In this document: positions 11,045 to 21,653 of the stretch, one piece after another
Position numbering within the stretch: the stretch's first letter is position 1
Layout of the letters: each line of letters starts with the position of its first letter
NCBI GenBank assembly: GCA_963755915.1
Contig: CAVWLP010000002.1
Span: forward strand, 512,001 to 576,000
Length of the DNA stretch: 64,000 nucleotides
Reading direction: 5' to 3'
Source of the DNA: an uncultured Phycisphaerales bacterium
GTDB taxonomy: Bacteria; Planctomycetota; Phycisphaerae; Tepidisphaerales; Tepidisphaeraceae
The notes under the pieces: model-generated
The model's database searches: none
Told to the model about the DNA's origin: nothing
Seen by the model: the letters and a program-made list of their open reading frames with translations, nothing else
Program-made: the position numbers and the translations under genes

Positions 11045-11163
11045 CGAACGCTTTTCCTTATCGGCCGTCAATTATAATGGCATCGAAGATCATTTCACTA
11101 CAAATCCCTGCTTGCGGTGCTTTTCGGGTGTGGGGCTGTTTCATGGCCACTTGGGACATCGGC

Positions 11164-11202
11164 CCCCACCCCTGCCCTCCCCCGGAGTACCAGGGGAAGG
11201 GA
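11164..11202. repeat. REP-like palindrome, CCCTCACCCC..CCCTCTCCC..GTAC..GGGAGAGGG family
   Basis: Related copies at 21524-21561, 21589-21643 and 46288-46325. Confidence 0.7.
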
Positions 11203-11239
11203 AGAAAGGCGGGCGGCCAGGAATTAGCGCCACACGCCC

Positions 11240-12154
11240 CTAAAACGCGTGTTTCGCCCCCAGCGCCCCCACAATCTCCACCGTCGCCCGGCTCTTGTTC
11301 AGGGTATAAAAATGCAGCCCATCCACCCCCTGTGAAAGCAGATTCCGGCACTGCTCGATTGAATGCTCCAGCCCCGTGCGGTAGACCGCCTCGGCGTCAT
11401 TCTCGACGGCCTCCAGCTTCACCAGCAGCGAATGCGGAATCTTCGTGCCGCACATGCTGATGAACCGCTTGATCTGCGAGACGTTCATAATCGGCATGAT
11501 CCCCGCGATGATCGGCGCATTGATCCCCATCTTCCGTGCCCCATCGCGAAAGCGGTAGAAATCATCGTTGTCGAAAAATAACTGCGTAACGACGAACCGA
11601 CCGCCATTGTCGAGCTTTAATTTCAGCATCTCCATATCCCGCGTGCGGTTGAGGCACTGCGGATGCCCTTCGGGATAGCCGGCTACGCCGATGGAAAAAT
11701 CGTGGCGGCCGCGGACGAATTTGACGAGATCGCTGGCATAGGAAAATCCGCCCTCGGTGGCGACGAATGCGCCGCCGGTGCCGGCGACGGGGTCGCCGCG
11801 CAGGGCGAGCACGTTTCGGACGCCGGCGGACCAGAGTTCATCGAGGATTGCGCCGATTTCCTGCGCGGTATGGCCGACGCAGGTGAGGTGGGCCATCGAG
11901 CGGATGGCCGACTCGCGCTGGATCCGCTCGACAAGCTGGACGGTTTTCTGGCGGGTGCTGCCGCCGGCGCCGTAGGTGACCGAAACATAGCTTGGGCGCA
12001 GGGGCTGCAAATCCTTGATGGTCGTGAACAGGGAGGCGAAGCCGGCCTCGGTCTTGGGGGGAAAGAACTCGAACGAGATCGCCGGGGCCTTGCGGGCCAG
12101 CAGCTCGTCGATGCGGATGGGAACGGGCGAAGTTGGATTCTTATCGTCGGGCAC
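11240..12154 (-). CDS. metF: Methylenetetrahydrofolate reductase
   Basis: SFEFFPPK, SVTYGAGGS, AHLTC, ALRGD, GYPEGH, TQLFFD and LHFYTLN motifs. Confidence 0.97.
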   Translation of the reverse strand: MPDDKNPTSPVPIRIDELLARKAPAISFEFFPPKTEAGFASLFTTIKDLQPLRPSYVSVTYGAGGSTRQKTVQLVERIQRESAIRSMAHLTCVGHTAQEIGAILDELWSAGVRNVLALRGDPVAGTGGAFVATEGGFSYASDLVKFVRGRHDFSIGVAGYPEGHPQCLNRTRDMEMLKLKLDNGGRFVVTQLFFDNDDFYRFRDGARKMGINAPIIAGIMPIMNVSQIKRFISMCGTKIPHSLLVKLEAVENDAEAVYRTGLEHSIEQCRNLLSQGVDGLHFYTLNKSRATVEIVGALGAKHAF

Positions 12155-12168
12155 GGATCGCCAATTTT

Positions 12169-12441
12169 AGGCTCTGTCTGAAAACTCTGATGGGCCGCGT
12201 TCGAGCGGAAATGGGCCAGATGCCGGGCGACGCGACGAAGCAGTGTTTATATAACACACGGCGAGGAGCGGCAACGACGTAGATGGCCCATTTCCGCTCG
12301 AACCCTCCGGGCCGGCCATGGCTTGGCCCGACTCGGCGTCGCTCGTCCTCAAAGGGTTGTTTAAACCCATATTCGTCCTCGCTTCTTGATTCGGGCCAAG
12401 CCATGGCCGGCGCGGCCCATCAGAGTTTTCAGACAGAGCCT
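12169..12441. mobile_element. MITE-like non-autonomous element, 273 bp
   Basis: Perfect 31-bp terminal inverted repeat AGGCTCTGTCTGAAAACTCTGATGGGCCGCG (12169-12199 / 12411-12441) plus two internal inverted repeats; no transposase. Confidence 0.8.
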
Positions 12442-12510
12442 GGCAAACCCAAAAGAAAACCGCGGGACTGGTGGTCCTGCGGTAAAAATCGGCTCGTTTT
12501 CAGCCTGTCT

Positions 12511-13884
12511 TCAGAACTTGATGAACGCATCCACCGCAAATGTGAGTTGGGTGTGGTGCGTGTTGTCGAAGACCGCATGATCGGCCATATCCAAGCGAAC
12601 TTCCGGGCGGATGGTGAGGGTTTGCAGAAGGTTGGTATCGGGCGTGGGGGTGATGGCGCCGCCGAGGGTGGCTTCAAAGTAGTTGGTATCCGATCCGCCG
12701 GTGCCGACGGTGAAACCGCGGCCGTCGTGATAATACTCGGCTCGGAGGTTTGCCTTGATGTACTTGTTCATGCCCGGATCGAACATGAGATAACCTGCCA
12801 CGCCATACCACTGGGCGATGGCGTTGGCGTCGCCATACACCGAATCAACGCCCAGCCCGAGCTGGTCGGCAAGCTGCCAGTTCAAGATGCCTTCGATGAC
12901 CGTCCAGTAATCGTGATTGTCGTCGGTCGACTGGGGGCCTTCGGAGAGATTCACGGTTGCCTTGATGGCGCTGTTGATCTGCCAGCCAACCTGGCCGAGG
13001 AAGTCGATCGCTCCGTTGTTGTCGGAGGTCGACTGGTTCCACCCGCGTGTAAACCCGGCGGTAACAGTAAGGTTGGGAGTGAAGCTGTAGGCGAAGAGCA
13101 CGCCCGTCTGCGTAAACGGAACCGCATAGCTGAAGAGATAATCGTGGGTGTAGAACGTGTTGGTCGTAGGGTTGATCGTCTCATATCCCATTAGCGTGGC
13201 GAATTTCCCGGCCGTGATGGTGATGCCGCTGCCGAGGGGGATCGCGAAGGTCAGGTAGGCCTGCTCGAGATCGAGATCGTTATCGGGGCTGGTATTTCCG
13301 TGTTTGTTGCCGTTGTCGAGAATTCCGTTGGAATGGGTATAGACGGCATCTCGTCCGTAGAAGGCTTCGATGTCGAAGCCAAAGTCGAACTTGGTGGTAT
13401 CGGGGATGGTTTTCTGGATGGCCAGATCGAGCTGGTTGAGCATCGCGCTGTTTTTGTAGTCGCCGGGGAAGAGGATGCGATCGGTGGAGAGAGCGCGATC
13501 ACCGTTGCCCGGAGCATTTTTCGGCTCGGTGAAATCGTAAAAATAACCGCCCTCCACGTAGCCGGTGATTCCGATGTTCCATTTTTCGAGCACCTTGCCG
13601 ACGCCGATCTGATCGAGGCCCCACATGATGGCCCCTTCGGGCGCCGCTGGGGCGGCCGCGGGTGGTGCGGCGGCAGGCGCCGCGGCGGCGGGGGCGGCCG
13701 ACTGATCGTCCGCATACAGCAGCGGATTGCTTGCGTCCGGATTGATCGCATATTGCGAAAGGGCGATCTGGCTCGAACTTCCCCCTGCCGTATTGCCTGA
13801 CGTTGCCTGGGAATCATCCGCCATTGCCGCTGAACCCAGTGCCAACACAGCGAGGGCTGCGCCGACTAAACCTTTCCGAAGCAT
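12511..13884 (-). CDS. Outer-membrane beta-barrel porin (BBP2/DUF1597-like)
   Basis: Signal peptide; NQLDL, EQAY, AGKFATLMGYE, PFTQTG and RPEVRLD motifs; C-terminal Phe. Confidence 0.8.
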   Translation of the reverse strand: MLRKGLVGAALAVLALGSAAMADDSQATSGNTAGGSSSQIALSQYAINPDASNPLLYADDQSAAPAAAAPAAAPPAAAPAAPEGAIMWGLDQIGVGKVLEKWNIGITGYVEGGYFYDFTEPKNAPGNGDRALSTDRILFPGDYKNSAMLNQLDLAIQKTIPDTTKFDFGFDIEAFYGRDAVYTHSNGILDNGNKHGNTSPDNDLDLEQAYLTFAIPLGSGITITAGKFATLMGYETINPTTNTFYTHDYLFSYAVPFTQTGVLFAYSFTPNLTVTAGFTRGWNQSTSDNNGAIDFLGQVGWQINSAIKATVNLSEGPQSTDDNHDYWTVIEGILNWQLADQLGLGVDSVYGDANAIAQWYGVAGYLMFDPGMNKYIKANLRAEYYHDGRGFTVGTGGSDTNYFEATLGGAITPTPDTNLLQTLTIRPEVRLDMADHAVFDNTHHTQLTFAVDAFIKF

Positions 13885-14126
13885 GATCGAGCTCCTTCCA
13901 AAGAAAAAAAGCGAAAGTGAGAGAGAAGTGGAAAGCCTTACGTTTACCTTTCCCACGTGGCGAAGATGGCCGCTTTTGGCCTGCAAGTACCATCGGCCAA
14001 AGGCTTTCGGACAGATGAATAATAGTTAATACTTACGGTGATTATGAGACAGGCTCCGAAAAGACAAAAGTCTCGGTGGGTACTAGAATTAGAGACGAAG
14101 CCGCAGGCTTTTTGAGGACGGATGCG

Positions 14127-15299
14127 ATGAGTTTGGCCTGGCAACAACCGCTGCCGCAGATTTATAAAGAGCTGTCAGACAGCGAGTTGCGCGTGCGCAT
14201 TCGGTCGGCGAAAGAGGCGATGGGGGCGCGATTGGTGATCCTCGGGCATCACTATCAGCAGGATGCGGTGGTCGAATTCGCTGATTTTATCGGCGACAGC
14301 TTCGAACTTTCCCGAAACGCGGCGCGACAAAAGACCGCCGAATTCGTCATATTCTGCGGCGTGCATTTCATGGCGGAGTCGGCGGATGTGCTCACTTCGG
14401 AAAACGTAAAAGTCATCCTGCCGGACCTGGGCGCCGGGTGCTCGATGGCGGACATGGCCAACATCGATCAAACGCTGGAGTGCTGGGACCAGCTGCGGGA
14501 CGTTTCGCCTGGGCAGGTCATCGTGCCGGTGACCTATATGAACAGCTCGGCGGCAATCAAGGCCTTCGTGGGGCAGCATGGCGGGGCGGTGTGCACGAGC
14601 AGCAATTGCCGGAACGTGCTTGAGTGGGCACTGGCCGGCGGGGCAGGGGGACGGACCGATAAAAAAAACAAAGTGCTCTTTTTCCCGGACCAGCATCTGG
14701 GGCGGAACACCGCGCTGGCGATGGGATATCCCGCCGATTCGATGATCGTGTGGGACCCAAACAAAGATTTTGGGGGCAATGATCCGCAAGCGGTTGAGCG
14801 ATCGACCTTCGTGCTGTGGAAGGGCCATTGCTCGGTCCATCAGCTTTTCCGGCCGGAGCACGTCGATCAGGCGAGGGCGAAATATCCCGGCATCAAGGTG
14901 ATCGTCCATCCGGAATGCCGAAGGGAGGTCGTGGATAAATCCGATCTGGCGGGGAGCACGGCGTACATTGTGCAGCAGATCAACTCGGCCCTGCCGGGGA
15001 CGCAGTGGGCGATTGGCACAGAAGTGCATCTCGTCAATCGCCTGGCGCGCGAGCATCCGGAGCAGAAAATCATCGTTCTCAGCGATTGCCAATGCCTTTG
15101 CACGACGATGTATCGGATCGATCTTCAGCACCTCTGCTGGGCGATCGAGAATCTTGTCGAGGGGAGGGTTGTGAATCAGATCAGGGTGGACGCGGAAACG
15201 CGAAAGTGGGCGCTGGTGGCGCTGGATCGGATGCTGGAGATCAAAGGAACGGGGAATCCGATTGGGAAGAATCAGCCGGTGGGGACGACGATAGACTGA
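14127..15299 (+). CDS. nadA: Quinolinate synthase
   Basis: LGHHYQ, GDSFEL, FCGVHFMAE, AGCSMAD, YMNSS, CTSSN, HPEC and GTE motifs. Confidence 0.97.
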   Translation: MSLAWQQPLPQIYKELSDSELRVRIRSAKEAMGARLVILGHHYQQDAVVEFADFIGDSFELSRNAARQKTAEFVIFCGVHFMAESADVLTSENVKVILPDLGAGCSMADMANIDQTLECWDQLRDVSPGQVIVPVTYMNSSAAIKAFVGQHGGAVCTSSNCRNVLEWALAGGAGGRTDKKNKVLFFPDQHLGRNTALAMGYPADSMIVWDPNKDFGGNDPQAVERSTFVLWKGHCSVHQLFRPEHVDQARAKYPGIKVIVHPECRREVVDKSDLAGSTAYIVQQINSALPGTQWAIGTEVHLVNRLAREHPEQKIIVLSDCQCLCTTMYRIDLQHLCWAIENLVEGRVVNQIRVDAETRKWALVALDRMLEIKGTGNPIGKNQPVGTTID

Positions 15300-15305
15300 G
15301 GTGAT

Positions 15306-15420
15306 AAATTCGAAACTCGAAATTCGAATGACGAATCAAACTCGAATGACCGAAATTCGAATTTTGAACTTCGAATTTTGAATTTGATTCGTCATTCGGA
15401 TTTCGAGTTTCGGATTTCCC
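15306..15420. repeat. Palindromic heptamer-repeat block between convergent genes
   Basis: AAATTCG/AAACTCG/GAATGAC units followed by their reverse complements. Confidence 0.8.
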
Positions 15421-15430
15421 GCCATGCGGG

Positions 15431-17148
15431 CTACATCCTGAACACCGCCCCCATTTTTCTGCCCAGCAGCCGATTCGTCGCCAGCAGCGTTGCGGTCAGC
15501 ACCAGCATCATCCACACGCCGAGGGCGGAGGCGATGTAATAGCCATCTCCCAATCGCTGCGACAATTCGAGGATGGCCCGCGTGATCGGGAACCACGCGG
15601 ATTTCTGGGCGAGGATAATCGAATCGCTGACATCGAGCAGGGAGAAGGTGAACACGAGCAGCGCCCCGGCGACCAGATTCGCCAGGATCAGGGGAATTGT
15701 GATGCGCCGCAAAACCGTCGAGCGGGAGGCGCCAGATTTGCCGCGGCAAGCTCGAAATCGACGGGGGTTTGCTGCAGGCCCGCGACCGTTGAACGCACCA
15801 TGTATGGCAATCTCCTCGCGGCGTACGCGAGCACAAGAAACACCACGGGCATCTCCTGGGCGTCGAGCCAGACCGGCAGTTTTTCGCCGAACTTCTGTTT
15901 CAGCGAGACGCTGATGGCCAGAAATCCAAACGCCAGCACCAGACCCGGGACCGCAAGGGGAACCATCGCCAGGGCTTCGATGACGCCGCGATCGACGAGC
16001 CGGCTGCGCACAGCGATGATTGCGACGCCCAGGCCGACCAAGACGCTGATGGCCGTCGCGGCGAATGCGTAAATTGCCGAGTTCACGATCGACGGCATCG
16101 CCAAGTCGTTCGTGAGCGCGGCCAGGTAATGATTGGCGGTAAACTCCCGCGGCAATATCGAGCGATACCACTGGCCGGTCGCGCTGATGCTGGTCAGCAC
16201 CACTGAAATATGCGGCAGGAGGGCCAGACCAAGCACGACCAGGAACGGCGCCGCCGCTGCCAGTGCTTTCCAGCCGGTCAATCGCTTGGGCGTTTGCGCG
16301 ACGGTCGCCTTTCCCGCCGATGTATCATATTCCCGACCCAGCAGAACTTTTCCGATCAGATATAGCCCCACGGCGACGACGAGCGTCACGGCCACCAGCG
16401 CAAAGGGGAGGGGGTTGTCGGCCACATCGGTCACCTGCTCGAAAATCTGCACCGGGGTGATGGTGTTGAAGCCGAACATCAGGGGCGTGCCCAGCTCGGT
16501 GAAGCTCCAGATCAGCGTCAGTGTGCAGCCCGCGAAAATCCCGGGGCGAATCAGCGGCAGGGTGATCCGGCGGAAAACGGTCCAGCGATTGGCCGATAGA
16601 TTTGCGGCGGCCTGCTCCATTGTCGGGTCGACGCTAGCAAGTGAATTTTGGACGTTGAGCAGGAGAATCGGATAGAGGTGCAGGGCTTCGACCATTACCA
16701 TCCCGAGCATTCGGAATCGGCCGAGCCAGTCGAAGCCGGCACCCTGCCCGAACCCGAGCAAAACGCTCAGCGGGCCGAGGCGACCCAGCAGCAACCGCAC
16801 GCCCATCGCGCCGACGAACGGCGGCAGGACCAACGGCGCGAGCGTCAATCCGGCCAGCCAGCCGCTGAAGGGAAATTCAAATTTCACGGCCAAGATCGCC
16901 AGGGGAATGGCGATCACCAGGCAGACCAACGTCACGATCAGCGCGATCGCCACGGCATTGATCAGCCCGCGCACCAGTTGCGGATCGCTGAAGATGACCT
17001 GCACATACTGGAGCGTGAACTCTCCCCCCTGGGTCACGAATCCGCGAACCAGGATGCGATAGAGGGGCCAGAGAAAGAAGAGGCCGAAAAATGCGTAGAG
17101 GAGCAGGGAAATCATGCGATGCCGGGCTCGGGAATTGATTGCCGTCAT
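15431..17148 (-). CDS. Fe3+/thiamine-type ABC transporter permease (FbpB-like); frameshift near 15735
   Basis: Two permease repeats with EQAAANL / ELAAANL EAA loops; C-terminus lies in ORF 15431-16171. Confidence 0.85.
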
Positions 17149-17153
17149 CGCAA

Positions 17154-18742
17154 TTATTTCTCCGATGCGACCGACGCCGCGGCGTCGGCCTCTACGCCGA
17201 CCGCGCGATAGTATTCGGAAAAGCGTTTCGACCACATGAGCCGTTTCCTAGCCCGCCAGATGTCCGGGTCCTGCGAGTGGTCGGCGGCAATCTTCGTTCC
17301 CTCCGCCATTTCTGCCGTCACCTCCGGCGCGAAATCGGAATGTTGGCAAGCTCGGCAAAAAGCGAATTTCGGCGTGCCTCATCCGGCACGAGAAGAATCT
17401 TTCGGCAGGTATCTCGAAGCTGATCGCCGGCGTCGATCCACGCCGCCGCCCAGATCAGGGGAAGCTCGGAAAACGTGCTCATCCACTCGCCGCGCTCGTT
17501 GAAGCCGCCGGCGCTTTGGAAATAGTTGAGCGTGTCCGCCCAGCCGGTCTGGTCGGCGTAAACATCGCGTCGAATCGGCGAGCGCCGCAGGGCCACCTCG
17601 CGCGGCCCGCCGGGAGCGCCTACCTTCAGAATCCACAGCCGCTGTCCCTCGGGGCTGAGCAGAAATTCGATGAAGTGATTTGCCAATTCCAGTTGCTTTC
17701 CGTGCGTGCTGTAAAGAATGGCGATCGGATCGGGCGTGATCGCCGTCGCGGCGTGGGGCAAAACAAATTTCTCGCGATCTGAGCCGACGGTTTGCTCCGT
17801 TACCCGTCCATAAAAATCGATCGCCATGCCCGCGGCGGCGTCCCCCGAAGCCACGTCGTTCGGCGGCTGCGCGGATGAATCGCTGAGAAAACGCGCGTTG
17901 CCGGCGATCAATGCCAGTTGGCCCATGCCCTTCTTCCAGCCGGCATCCAAAGCCGCCTGGTACTGTGGTGCCGATTTAAGCTCTGCCGGCCGCTTGCCCG
18001 CGTTCACTGGACGATTGAAGAATTCCGTTTCGGCATCCGCCATCCCGCGCTGAATCACCATCATGTACGCCACTGCCGCCGACTGGCTGTGCGACGGGTC
18101 TGCCAGCGACAAGGCGCGAAACAGCCGCGGGTCGGCCAGATCGCTCCAGGTCTGCGGCTCGGTGATCCCCATCGAGCGATACAAATCCGGATTAAAAATA
18201 ATCCCAAAACTGCTCAGACAAATCCCCACCCATTTCGGCGGCAGCAATTTTCCCGACTTGTCTTTTTCCTGGTCGTATAACTTCACCCCCGCCAGCGTCG
18301 GAGTCGGAAACACCGCTGCCATCAGCTTTGGATCGATCTGAAGCGGCCGGAGAATCCCCATCGGCTTCAGCTTGGAATTAAACTCGAAATCCCCGCCGCC
18401 CCAGACCATGTCGATGCCGGTGTGAATCTGGTCCTCGGGCGGGAGCTTGCCGCCATTGGCGTCGCGAATCGCGCGATAGATGGTGTCGAGCTGCCGGCGG
18501 ATGTCGCCGGTGCCGCCGGGGGTCAGAAATTCGAGGTCGATCGCCTCGCCATATTTCTCTTTGCTCCAGTCGGCAAACGCCCAGCGGAATTCGTTGCGGA
18601 TTTCCTGGCCGTGCGGGGTGATGATCACCAGCCGTGCGCCGCTCGATTCTTCCGGCCCTGGCGAAGTCTTTTGAAACGCGCGAATCACCAGCGGCGCCCC
18701 CAGGAGAACCAGAAATACGAAGATGAACCCGAATCGCCCCAT
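17154..18742 (-). CDS. ABC transporter substrate-binding protein; frameshift near 17325
   Basis: N-terminal anchor; TPH, DMVWGGG, ADPSHS, AIDFYG and FIEFLLSPEGQ motifs; lies in the operon. Confidence 0.85.
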
Positions 18743-18745
18743 CGA

Positions 18746-19807
18746 TTATTCCGGCAGCAGGACGCAATCGGCCGAGTCGATCTCAAGATTCACATTTCCC
18801 GCCAGATTCAGCACTGGGGGCGAAGCGCTGACGCGCAGCCGATTCCGGCCGACTTCCACGACGTGCTCCGACATCTCGCCCAGGAAAGTCGTCTCCAGCA
18901 TCGCTCCGCTGATGCGATTGTCGGAGCCGTTTACGGGCGATGCACCTGTCACGATACGAATGCGCTCCGGCCGGATGCTTACTATCACGACGCGTTTTTC
19001 CTCGGCGCCGTTGGCCGCGGCCGAAAGTGTTCCCGCGCCGGTCCGCACGCGGGCGATTCCGTTCGACACCCCTTCAACCTCGCCGCTGAGGAGATTCGCC
19101 TGCCCGATGAAATCGGCCACGAAGCTGGTCCGCGGCTTGTAGTAAAGATCGGCCGGCGTCCCTATCTGCACGATTCGCCCGTCTTTCATGAGCGCGATCC
19201 GATCGGCGATCGACAGCGCCTCCTTCTGGTCGTGGGTCACATAAATCGTCGTGTATCCGGCCGACTTGCAGATCCGCCGAATCTCACTGCGCATCTCATT
19301 TCGCAGCTTGGCGTCGAGGTTCGACAGCGGCTCGTCCAGCAGCAAACACTTGGGCCCCACGGCCATCGCGCGGGCCAGCGCCGCCCGCTGCTGCTGTCCG
19401 CCCGAAAGGGCGTTGGGCTTGCGCTGGGCATACTGCTCTAGCTGCACGAGCCGCAGGGCATCGGTCACGCGATGCTCGACGCGACTGGGATTCTGGCCCG
19501 GCAGGGTCAGCCCAAACGCCACGTTTTGATAGACCGTCATGTGCGGCCAGATCGCGTAATTCTGAAAACACATGACCGCGCTGCGCTGCTCGGTCGCCAG
19601 CTTTGTGACATCCTTTTCATCGAAAAAAATTCGCCCTGACGTGGGCTCGAGCAGCCCGGCGATGATCCGCAGGAGCGTGCTCTTTCCGCAGCCGCTGGGG
19701 CCGAGCAGAAACAGCAGCTCCCCCGATTCGACGCGGAGATTGATCTGATCGAGCGCCACCGTCGAACCAAACGTCTTGCCAATCTGAACCAGATCAACGC
19801 GCGTCAT
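18746..19807 (-). CDS. ABC transporter ATP-binding protein (FbpC/PotA-like)
   Basis: GPSGCGKS, LSGGQQQR, LLLDEP and VTHDQ motifs; TOBE-like C-terminus. Confidence 0.95.
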   Translation of the reverse strand: MTRVDLVQIGKTFGSTVALDQINLRVESGELLFLLGPSGCGKSTLLRIIAGLLEPTSGRIFFDEKDVTKLATEQRSAVMCFQNYAIWPHMTVYQNVAFGLTLPGQNPSRVEHRVTDALRLVQLEQYAQRKPNALSGGQQQRAALARAMAVGPKCLLLDEPLSNLDAKLRNEMRSEIRRICKSAGYTTIYVTHDQKEALSIADRIALMKDGRIVQIGTPADLYYKPRTSFVADFIGQANLLSGEVEGVSNGIARVRTGAGTLSAAANGAEEKRVVIVSIRPERIRIVTGASPVNGSDNRISGAMLETTFLGEMSEHVVEVGRNRLRVSASPPVLNLAGNVNLEIDSADCVLLPE

Positions 19808-19855
19808 CGTCGAGTGGCGATTGTAATCGGGATTGTTGGGATAACGTAAACCCCC

Positions 19856-20254
19856 TCACTGAATCTCATCCAGATTCCGCGCAATCTGGCTTCCATCCTG
19901 GAGCGTCGAGAAGTCGGGCGGCTGATCGGGCGCGGGCAAAATCGACTGCTTGGCCTCGCGATGAAACCGAATCAGCAGGCGCAGAAGCGCAGGAATTGCC
20001 AGCGCGATCAGCAGAATGATGCAAACAATATAGAAGGCCGGCAGCAAGGTTCCCCGCAGCGAAAACGGCGTTGGCCAATTACGCACCGTTTCAAATATCA
20101 ACTCGGCAATCCCCACTACGCAGACGCACAGGCCGATGAAGCAATAGGACCGCGTGCGAATCGCCGCCCGGCGCAGCGCTGCCATCTGGCGGATCCGATT
20201 GGAATTCAGATGATCGTCGGCCCCGCCGGTGTGGGGCTCTTCCGCTTCGCTCAT
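19856..20254 (-). CDS. Hypothetical two-TM membrane protein
   Basis: Two hydrophobic helices; TATAAT 8 nt upstream of the ATG. Confidence 0.6.
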   Translation of the reverse strand: MSEAEEPHTGGADDHLNSNRIRQMAALRRAAIRTRSYCFIGLCVCVVGIAELIFETVRNWPTPFSLRGTLLPAFYIVCIILLIALAIPALLRLLIRFHREAKQSILPAPDQPPDFSTLQDGSQIARNLDEIQ

Positions 20255-20300
20255 TGCCCGCAATTATACGCCCGAAAACCTACAGCCCCATGGTCTTGGA

Positions 20301-20331
20301 AAGCGCTCCCCTTCGGGTCGCGGCTAAACGG
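20301..20331. repeat. REP-like dispersed repeat
   Basis: AAGCGCTCCCCTTCGGGTCGCGGCTAAACGG, 30/31 identical to 27750-27780. Confidence 0.8.
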
Positions 20332-20469
20332 GGATCCTTGTGTTGCTGAATCGTGGTTGCGCGTTCAGATTCGCTTGAACGCAGCCAGAACCGCTTGCTT
20401 TATACCGAGATTCTAGAATTGTTCGGATTGCTCGAATGATGCCTGTGCTCAATTATACGCCGGAAAATT

Positions 20470-21368
20470 TTACAGCCCCATGGCCTTGGCCATCGTGAGG
20501 CCGATGGTCGCCGGGCTATCGGCCACGGCAATGTTCGCCGCCTTCATCGCGGCGATCTTGGATTCCGCCGTCCCCTCCCCGCCGCTGATGATCGCGCCGG
20601 CGTGCCCCATCCGCCGGCCCGGGGCGCCGTGCGCCCCGCGATAAATGCCGCTACGGGCTTTCTTACATTCTGTTTCACAAAGGCCGCCGCCGCCTCCTCG
20701 TCCGTTCCGCCGATCTCGCCGATCACAATGATCCCATCCGTCTGCGGATCCTTGCCAAACAATTCCAGCAGCTCGATGAAATTCAGGCCCTTTACCGGAT
20801 CTCCCCCGATCCCCACGCAGGTCGTCTGCCCGATCCCGCGCGTGCTGCACTGCCAGACCGCCTCATACGTCAGCGTGCCGCTGCGGCTGATGATCCCCAC
20901 GCTCTTGCCGCTTTTGGCATCTTTGGGCGGGGTGTGAATGTATCCTGGCATAATCCCAATTTTGCACTCCCCGGCGGTGATAATCCCCGGACAGTTCGGC
21001 CCGATCAGTCGACTTGACGGCCGATCCTTCAAATAGGCCTTCACCTTCACCATGTCCAAAACCGGAATCCCCTCGGTGATGGCCACGATGGTCGCGATCC
21101 CGGCATCCGCGGCTTCCATGATGGCATCGGCCGCGAACGGCGGTGGCACAAAAATCATCGATGCATCCGCCCCGGTCGCCGAGACCGCCTGGTGCACGGT
21201 GTCGAACACTGGAAGGCCATTGCTCTCCTTCGTTCCGCCTTTCCCCGGCGTTACGCCGCCCACCATCTTGGTTCCGTAATCCAGACACCCCTTGGTATGA
21301 AAGGCCCCGGCCGATCCGGTAATCCCCTGGCAAATGACCCGTGTTTTCGCGCTGACAAGAATGCTCAT
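20470..21368 (-). CDS. sucD: Succinyl-CoA synthetase alpha subunit; frameshift near 20620
   Basis: [30 protein letters not shown] and GEIGG motifs; RMGHAGAI in a second frame. Confidence 0.97.
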
Positions 21369-21523
21369 GTGAACTTAATTCCCTGAAAACCGGGGTGAGA
21401 GACTATCGGGAAGCGAACTCGATTGCAAAATCACTCCCGTTTGTCGGGGTTTTGAGGCTCTGATAGGCTTGAAATGCTGCGTAGATCAATGAACGGCTTC
21501 GCGAACAATTCCCCCGCATTTCC

Positions 21524-21643
21524 CCCTCTCCCAGTAATCTGGGACAGGGTTGGGGTGAGGGCAGACAAAAACCTCGGCGCGCACACGGCCCTCACCCGCG
21601 CGGGCTGCGCCCGCTTGCCCGCTCCCAGAGTACTGGGAGAGGG
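21524..21643. repeat. Inverted pair of REP-like palindromes
   Basis: CCCTCTCCCAGTAATCTGGGACAGGGTTGGGGTGAGGG followed by CCCTCACCC...CTCCCAGAGTACTGGGAGAGGGG. Confidence 0.7.
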
Positions 21644-21653
21644 GAAGATCGCG

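Noticed and set aside
12169-12441. SAM/SAH riboswitch upstream of metF
   Set aside because: I see no SAM-I/II or SAH consensus. A perfect 31-bp terminal inverted repeat fits a MITE better. An Rfam scan would settle it.
15306-15420. CRISPR array (also considered for 197-288, 38155-38265, 55080-55183 and 60268-60394)
   Set aside because: No 25-45 bp identical repeats with unique regular spacers, and no cas genes in the window.
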